From: an uncultured Muribaculaceae bacterium
GTDB lineage: Bacteria; Pseudomonadota; Alphaproteobacteria; Rs-D84
Direction of reading: 5' to 3'
Length of the DNA stretch: 64,000 nt
Assembly: GCA_964619545.1 (NCBI GenBank)
Contig: CAZUED010000003.1
Span: 163 to 64,162, forward strand
The notes below the pieces were generated by a model. That model was given only the letters and a program-made list of their open reading frames with translations. It was not told where the DNA came from and made no database searches. Positions 58,877-64,000 of the stretch are shown one piece after another. Both the position numbers and the translations under genes were made by a program. Within the stretch, counting starts at the first letter, position 1. Each line of letters starts with the position of its first letter.

Positions 58877-59575
58877 TTATGAATATAATTTTTTGAAACC
58901 AGTTTCTATTTTACGAATATATTCTGAATCATGATCACGCCAATATTTTGGATCTTTCATCATGTTGCGTAATTCATTATCAGATAGTTTTTCTGATGCA
59001 TGATTTCCAGTTGCAACATCTGGTTCCATTGATTGCATCATTTTATAAATGCTTTGGATTCCCTGGGGTGTAGAGCACAATGACTCAAATGCATCAGATG
59101 GTAAAAACTTTTCACCGAATGCATTGATAGCCTGCATGGCATCTTTCATCTTTTCTTCGCTACCGAAAAAATTTTGTAATGTGGCGATTGATTCTGACTG
59201 GGCGCGCAAAGAGAAAATTTCTGACAATGCTGGGGATAAAAATTCTTCAGCTATCGAATAAATTTTTTCAACTTGCTTTGGAGTCAATCCTGCATCAAAA
59301 AATTTTTTGCGAATCGTTTCATCATCAAACATCGGATTTGATGGATATTCGTCAGCAGTCTTTGGAACCCCCAATGTGCGCATAAATTTTTCACGTGAAT
59401 TTTCGTCGGCATCTTCGCCTGGGATGGATACCATGGTCCCGATTTTCTTTTCCAGTTCGGAATAAGACTTAATCAAAGCATCGCTGTTTAATGTTCCATC
59501 ATCGTTTTGGAATTTTTCTGGAATTTGCATTCTTTCCCCTTTGAGTTGATTTGCGTAAGAAATATATCCCCGCAA
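58877..59575 (-). CDS. Putative scaffolding protein (acidic, helical), in the gp9-like position
   Basis: Inferred from composition and its position upstream of the capsid gene. Confidence 0.35.
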   Translation of the reverse strand: MRGYISYANQLKGERMQIPEKFQNDDGTLNSDALIKSYSELEKKIGTMVSIPGEDADENSREKFMRTLGVPKTADEYPSNPMFDDETIRKKFFDAGLTPKQVEKIYSIAEEFLSPALSEIFSLRAQSESIATLQNFFGSEEKMKDAMQAINAFGEKFLPSDAFESLCSTPQGIQSIYKMMQSMEPDVATGNHASEKLSDNELRNMMKDPKYWRDHDSEYIRKIETGFKKLYS

Positions 59576-59720
59576 GAGTAAAAATTGAATTCATAGTCGT
59601 AAAAACATTTTCATCACCAACAAGATATGCCGTGATTGCGGATAAAATTCCAACGCCGGAAATTATGTAAGTCCGTTGTCCTGCAAAGAATCCGCCACTT
59701 AAAATTTTTGACATTCGCAT
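59499..59720 (-). CDS. Small two-TM protein, a possible holin
   Basis: 73 aa with two hydrophobic segments and a charged C-terminus. Adjacent to the cell-wall hydrolase. Confidence 0.3.
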   Translation of the reverse strand: MRMSKILSGGFFAGQRTYIISGVGILSAITAYLVGDENVFTTMNSIFTLAGIYFLRKSTQRGKNANSRKIPKR

Positions 59721-59737
59721 AAAAAACTCCGTTCAGG

Positions 59738-60190
59738 TTATTTATAGAAAAGCAGCCCATCAATATCTGCAATACTTCCTTTATCTGTTGCCCAATCTGG
59801 CAAAATGTCTTCGCGATGAAATCGAACTGCGCTACGAACAGAATCAGGCAGTTTCCCATTAATCATTCTTTTTAAGACACGCAAACACATTTGGAATTTT
59901 GGGTCATCTTCGGAAATTAAAAGATCGCTGTGGCGGGAAGATTCTTTTTGCAAACATTCAAATAAAGATTCGTCCGCTGCAATACAAGAAAAAGGCTGCA
60001 TAGATTGTTGATAAATATTTCCAATCATAGACGCCATGGCTTCAACCGCTGGCAAACTTGACGTGCGCGTTTCGGCATAAATAATTTTTCCCAGTTGGAC
60101 AAGTATTGTTTTTTCATCCTGAAACTCATTACGAGGCATTGTTTGCATTCGGACTTCCTTTGTATAAGAAAGACCCGCGCAGCAATGCAC
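59738..60190 (-). CDS. Cell wall hydrolase, SleB/Hydrolase_2 family
   Basis: AETRTSSL...QFSC...RFHREDILPDWA pattern. Confidence 0.65.
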   Translation of the reverse strand: MHCCAGLSYTKEVRMQTMPRNEFQDEKTILVQLGKIIYAETRTSSLPAVEAMASMIGNIYQQSMQPFSCIAADESLFECLQKESSRHSDLLISEDDPKFQMCLRVLKRMINGKLPDSVRSAVRFHREDILPDWATDKGSIADIDGLLFYK

Positions 60191-60292
60191 GGGTCAAAAT
60201 AACATAAAAAAAACGCGCATGGGCGCGATTAAATTTTTATTGTTTGATAGATTAATCATATCACAAAATCACAAAAAAAGCAACAAGAAAAA

Positions 60293-60976
60293 TTAAATGC
60301 TGATCTCGTCCCCATATGCCATTATGTATTCTTGTCCAGCGCGCAGCACCAATGCGCCATCATCATTCAGTCCGCATAAAACTGCCTGGCGTCCACGATA
60401 GGTAATAGTTTCGTTCAGATTTGCTGCCAAATCCATCCATCTATTTTTAACAATGACGAAGCCGCGAGATAACCAAATATCCATCTGTTTTGCCAAGGTT
60501 GCCAATAATTCGTCGCGAGAAATCTGGTTTGTATAATCTGAAACTTTAGTTGTTTGGTAATCAGCTCTTACACTGGGATTTGATTTAATGTTTATTCCAA
60601 TTCCGATTATTACAAATTCTTTGGCATATTCGATTAAAATCCCACTAATTTTTTTGCCATCTATTAAAATGTCATTAGGCCATTTTATTTGTGGCTGTAT
60701 ACCGAAAGAAATTAAAGTTTCTGCAACAGCAACGGCAACAGCGTATGAAAGTCTGGGCTCGCGATTTTCGATTTTATAAATAAAGCTGGCATACAGATTG
60801 CCATGATGAGAAACCCAAGTGCGACGATAGCGTCCGCGACCATTACTTTGTGAATCAGCTAAAATAATGGTGCGATCGGTTGCGTTTCCCAAACGAATCA
60901 AGTCCTGGGCATACGATTGAGTGCTGGGAATTTTATCAAAAGAGATAAGTTTATAATTTATATTTTCCACCTTCAT
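60293..60976 (-). CDS. birA: Biotin-[acetyl-CoA-carboxylase] ligase (class I)
   Basis: GRGRYRRTW motif. Confidence 0.9.
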   Translation of the reverse strand: MKVENINYKLISFDKIPSTQSYAQDLIRLGNATDRTIILADSQSNGRGRYRRTWVSHHGNLYASFIYKIENREPRLSYAVAVAVAETLISFGIQPQIKWPNDILIDGKKISGILIEYAKEFVIIGIGINIKSNPSVRADYQTTKVSDYTNQISRDELLATLAKQMDIWLSRGFVIVKNRWMDLAANLNETITYRGRQAVLCGLNDDGALVLRAGQEYIMAYGDEISI

Positions 60977-61358
60977 TTTTTATAAATTCTTTTCCAAAGA
61001 TTTTACGCAGCTGATAGATTGTCGTGCCCACCGCGTTTGTTGCGGCGCCTGGTGCATAGCCTAACTGCTGTTGCAGTTCACCGGCGTTTGCACCAAATGC
61101 GCCCGCGTGGTGCAGTGCAATAATTATTTTTTTCTGCGAACCTGAAAGAGTTGTAACACCGCAGATTTTTTTAATAATTGATACTTCGCGTGCATCACGC
61201 AGACGCAAAATTTCGGCTTTTAATTCAGCGGGAGAAAGTTTTTTATTTGCGGAAAAAATTACATCAGCAGATTCGCGTGCAGCAAACCCCGCGCCCAGGT
61301 CGGTCAGAATCCCGCGCCAAACCATATCATCAGTCCAAATCGTAATTCCATTAAACAC
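60951..61358 (-). CDS. Small protein with an OmpR-like winged-helix C-terminus
   Basis: ...TTIYQLRKIFG resembles an OmpR/PhoB wing. Confidence 0.4.
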   Translation of the reverse strand: MFNGITIWTDDMVWRGILTDLGAGFAARESADVIFSANKKLSPAELKAEILRLRDAREVSIIKKICGVTTLSGSQKKIIIALHHAGAFGANAGELQQQLGYAPGAATNAVGTTIYQLRKIFGKEFIKNEGGKYKL

Positions 61359-61421
61359 TGATTAGATTATAGACTAAAAAATCCCGCTGCCGCAAATAAA
61401 AATCGCCCATACGGGCGACTT

Positions 61422-64000
61422 TTATTTTTTGCCATATTTGACAGCTGCTTGGGCAGCGGCCAGTCTTGCAATTGGCACTCGGAATGGACTGCAAGAAACA
61501 TAGTCCAAACCAGCTTTGTGGAAGAATTCCACAGATTCTGGGTCTCCGCCGTGTTCTCCGCAAACGCCCAAGTGTATTTCATGACCTTTGGCTTCACGTG
61601 CCATTTTAACTGCGCCTGCAACCAGTTGTCCAACACCTGCTTGATCAATGCTGGCAAATGGGTCTGCAACATAGACTCCACGAGCGCGATACTCGTCCAA
61701 GATTGCGCCAGTGTCATCACGAGACATTCCAAGAGTTGTTTGAGTTAAATCGTTTGTTCCAAAACCGAAAAACTCTGCGCTTTGGGCAATTTCATTTGCC
61801 AATAAAGCAGCGCGTGGCAATTCAATCATGCATCCGACCTTGTATTTAACCCTTTCACCGGATTCAGCAAAAATCTGTGCAGCGGTTGAATCAATAATGG
61901 CCTTTACAATGTCTTGTTCTTTTTTCGAGCCTATCAAAGGAACTTCGATTTCAGGCAAAACTTTTACGCCAGATTTTACGCACTCGATAGCTGCGCCCAA
62001 GATAGCGCGGGTCTGCATTTCGCAAATTTCTGGATAAGTGATCGCCAAGCGGCAACCACGATGTCCCAGCATTGGATTTTGTTCATGCAACGCTGCGGTG
62101 CGCTCTTTAACGAACGACGCAGGCTTTCCAATATGATCGGCCAACAATTTGATGTCTTCTTCTGTATGTGGCAAGAATTCATGAAGTGGTGGATCGATCA
62201 AGCGGATAACGACAGGCAATCCATCCATAATTTTGAACAATTCAACAAAGTCCGCACGTTGATAAGGTAACAACTTGTTTAGTGCATTACGGCGACCTTC
62301 GGTTGTTTCTGCCAAAATCATTTCGCGCATATCCATAATACGTGAAGGATCAAAGAACATGTGCTCGGTACGAGCCAAACCAATTCCTTCGGCGCCGAAT
62401 TCCAATGCTTGTTTTGCATCACGTGGAGTTTCAGCGTTTGCACGAACTTCCAAAGTTTTGATTGAATCAACCCACTCCATCAACTTACCAAAGTTTCCAG
62501 TCATTTCGACAGAAACTGTTGGAACCTGACCCAAGATGATTTCACCCTTTGCGCCATCAATAGAAATCCAATCACCTTCGTTGATAACGTCGCCCTTGGT
62601 GGTTTTCATAGTTTTTGAAGCATAGTCAATTTTGATGTCTGCGCTACCTGAAACGCAAGGAGTCCCCATACCGCGTGCAACGACAGCAGCGTGAGAAGTC
62701 ATTCCACCACGAGCAGTGATAACGCCCTGGGCTGCGTCCATTCCAGCAATGTCTTCAGGGGAAGTTTCAATACGGACAAGGATAACTTTTTCACCACGAC
62801 CTGCCCATTCAACAGCGTCTTCGGCATTGAAAACTGCGCGTCCAACAGCCGCACCAGGGGATGCAGGCAAACCAGTTGCAATTACATTCTTGTTTGCTTT
62901 TGGATCAAGCATAGGATGCAACAAGTGATTTAATTGATCTGCACCAACGCGCAGTATTGCTTCTTCTTTATTCAGCAATCCTTCGCTAACCATTTCAACA
63001 GCGATACGAACTGCGGCGGCGGCGGTACGCTTTCCATTACGAGTTTGCAGCATCCACAATTTTCCATGCTCGATAGTAAATTCCATATCTTGCATGTCTT
63101 TGTAATGCTGTTCCAGTTTGTTGCGAGCAGCAACCAGTTCGGTATAAACAGCAGGCATAGCTTCTTCCAAAGACAAGCGTCCGCTGTCATCTTTCGCCAT
63201 AGGCTGTGGAGTGCGAATTCCAGCAACAACGTCTTCACCTTGGGCATTGATTAAGTATTCTCCGTAAAAGCGATTTTCGCCGGTCGCCGGATCGCGCGAA
63301 AAACATACGCCAGTTGCGCAATCATCACCGGCGTTTCCAAAGACCATCGCTTGAACATTGACGGCAGTTCCCCAATCGCCCGGAATGTTGTTTAATTTAC
63401 GATAAGTGATTGCTTTCTTTGACATCCAAGAACCGAACACTGCGCCAATACCGGCTTTTAATTGAGCCCATGGATCTTGTGGAAATTCTTTACCAATGTT
63501 TTTTCCAATTTCTTTGAATTTTTCAACCAACTCTTTCAAGTCATTGGCGGTCAGTTCGTTATCAAATTTGTATCCTTTGGATTCTTTCATGTGTTCCAAG
63601 GCATGCTCGAACAAGTCAATGTCTGCGCCCAAAACTACGTCAGAAAACATCATGATAAAACGACGATAAGAATCATAAGCAAAACGTTCATCGTTTGCAG
63701 CAGCGGCCAAAGCCTGTACCGTTTCGTCATTCAAACCCAAATTCAAAACCGTATCCATCATGCCCGGCATAGAAACGCGAGCTCCACTGCGAACAGAAAC
63801 TAACAAAGGATTAGTTTTATCAGCGAATTTTTTACCCATAACTTTTTCAATGTGGGAAATGCCCTCGCGAACTTGGTCATCTAAATCAGCAGGGTAAGAA
63901 TTGTTGTTTTCGTAATAGTACGTGCAAACTTCAGTAGTAACTGAAAAACCGGCAGGGACAGGCAGTCCAACAAGATTCATCTCGGCCAGGTTAGCGCCTT
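61422..64000 (-). CDS. ppdK: Pyruvate phosphate dikinase (5' end lies beyond the window)
   Basis: PEP-utilizer His motif GGMTSHAAVVARGMG and a C-terminal TIM barrel. Confidence 0.95.
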   Translation of the reverse strand, partial: GANLAEMNLVGLPVPAGFSVTTEVCTYYYENNNSYPADLDDQVREGISHIEKVMGKKFADKTNPLLVSVRSGARVSMPGMMDTVLNLGLNDETVQALAAAANDERFAYDSYRRFIMMFSDVVLGADIDLFEHALEHMKESKGYKFDNELTANDLKELVEKFKEIGKNIGKEFPQDPWAQLKAGIGAVFGSWMSKKAITYRKLNNIPGDWGTAVNVQAMVFGNAGDDCATGVCFSRDPATGENRFYGEYLINAQGEDVVAGIRTPQPMAKDDSGRLSLEEAMPAVYTELVAARNKLEQHYKDMQDMEFTIEHGKLWMLQTRNGKRTAAAAVRIAVEMVSEGLLNKEEAILRVGADQLNHLLHPMLDPKANKNVIATGLPASPGAAVGRAVFNAEDAVEWAGRGEKVILVRIETSPEDIAGMDAAQGVITARGGMTSHAAVVARGMGTPCVSGSADIKIDYASKTMKTTKGDVINEGDWISIDGAKGEIILGQVPTVSVEMTGNFGKLMEWVDSIKTLEVRANAETPRDAKQALEFGAEGIGLARTEHMFFDPSRIMDMREMILAETTEGRRNALNKLLPYQRADFVELFKIMDGLPVVIRLIDPPLHEFLPHTEEDIKLLADHIGKPASFVKERTAALHEQNPMLGHRGCRLAITYPEICEMQTRAILGAAIECVKSGVKVLPEIEVPLIGSKKEQDIVKAIIDSTAAQIFAESGERVKYKVGCMIELPRAALLANEIAQSAEFFGFGTNDLTQTTLGMSRDDTGAILDEYRARGVYVADPFASIDQAGVGQLVAGAVKMAREAKGHEIHLGVCGEHGGDPESVEFFHKAGLDYVSCSPFRVPIARLAAAQAAVKYGKK

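Larger units (their letters stand above)
53075..60190 (-). mobile_element. Decayed podovirus (T7-like) prophage structural and lysis module
   Basis: Read 5' to 3' on the minus strand the order is hydrolase, holin-like, scaffold-like, H1-like, capsid, tail-tube A and B, terminase. No portal or tail fibre is present. Confidence 0.45.

Noticed and set aside
1-64000. CRISPR arrays, integrases, transposases
   Set aside because: No spacer-repeat arrays and no recombinase- or transposase-like ORFs were recognised anywhere in the window.

Overview
This is a chromosomal window of about 40% GC from an alphaproteobacterium that looks Rickettsiales- or Holosporales-like, judging by gene content and order. 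Conserved backbone, in order:
- the 3' end of an rRNA operon (5S rRNA);
- dnaX, an OmpA-type lipoprotein and skp-lpxD-fabZ;
- tRNA-Trp-secE-nusG-rplKAJL-rpoBC;
- rpmA and rplU;
- frr, tRNA-Ala and tRNA-His;
- ispA, rseP, cdsA and uppS on the minus strand, then bamA on the plus strand;
- yraN, dnaB, birA and the 3' part of ppdK.

Accessory and unusual content:
1. A Rickettsiales-style virB8-virB9-virB10 type IV secretion core with no adjacent virB11/virD4. VirB9 and VirB10 carry unusual C-terminal extensions.
2. Directly downstream of virB10 is one member of a three-member family of large, secreted, Cys-rich proteins; two more paralogs lie in tandem at 0.5-4.7 kb.
3. The whole 7.5 kb virB block is bracketed by two inverted copies of a ~100-bp MITE-like element (TIR-bearing).
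4. Between rpoC and cvpA there is an island with a class II ribonucleotide reductase, dUTPase, a PduO-type adenosyltransferase and an exported glutaredoxin-like protein.
5. At 48.8-60.2 kb there is a decayed T7-like (podovirus-like) structural module: scaffold, capsid, tail-tube A and B, a lysis pair and a histone-H1-like AKKP-repeat protein.
6. The large terminase of that module is split into an ATPase ORF and a nuclease ORF by a 3.4 kb insert that contains dnaB and an XRE/S24-like repressor.

Several small lipoprotein genes absent from the ORF track are inferred, along with repeat families and a homopolymer-disrupted gene.
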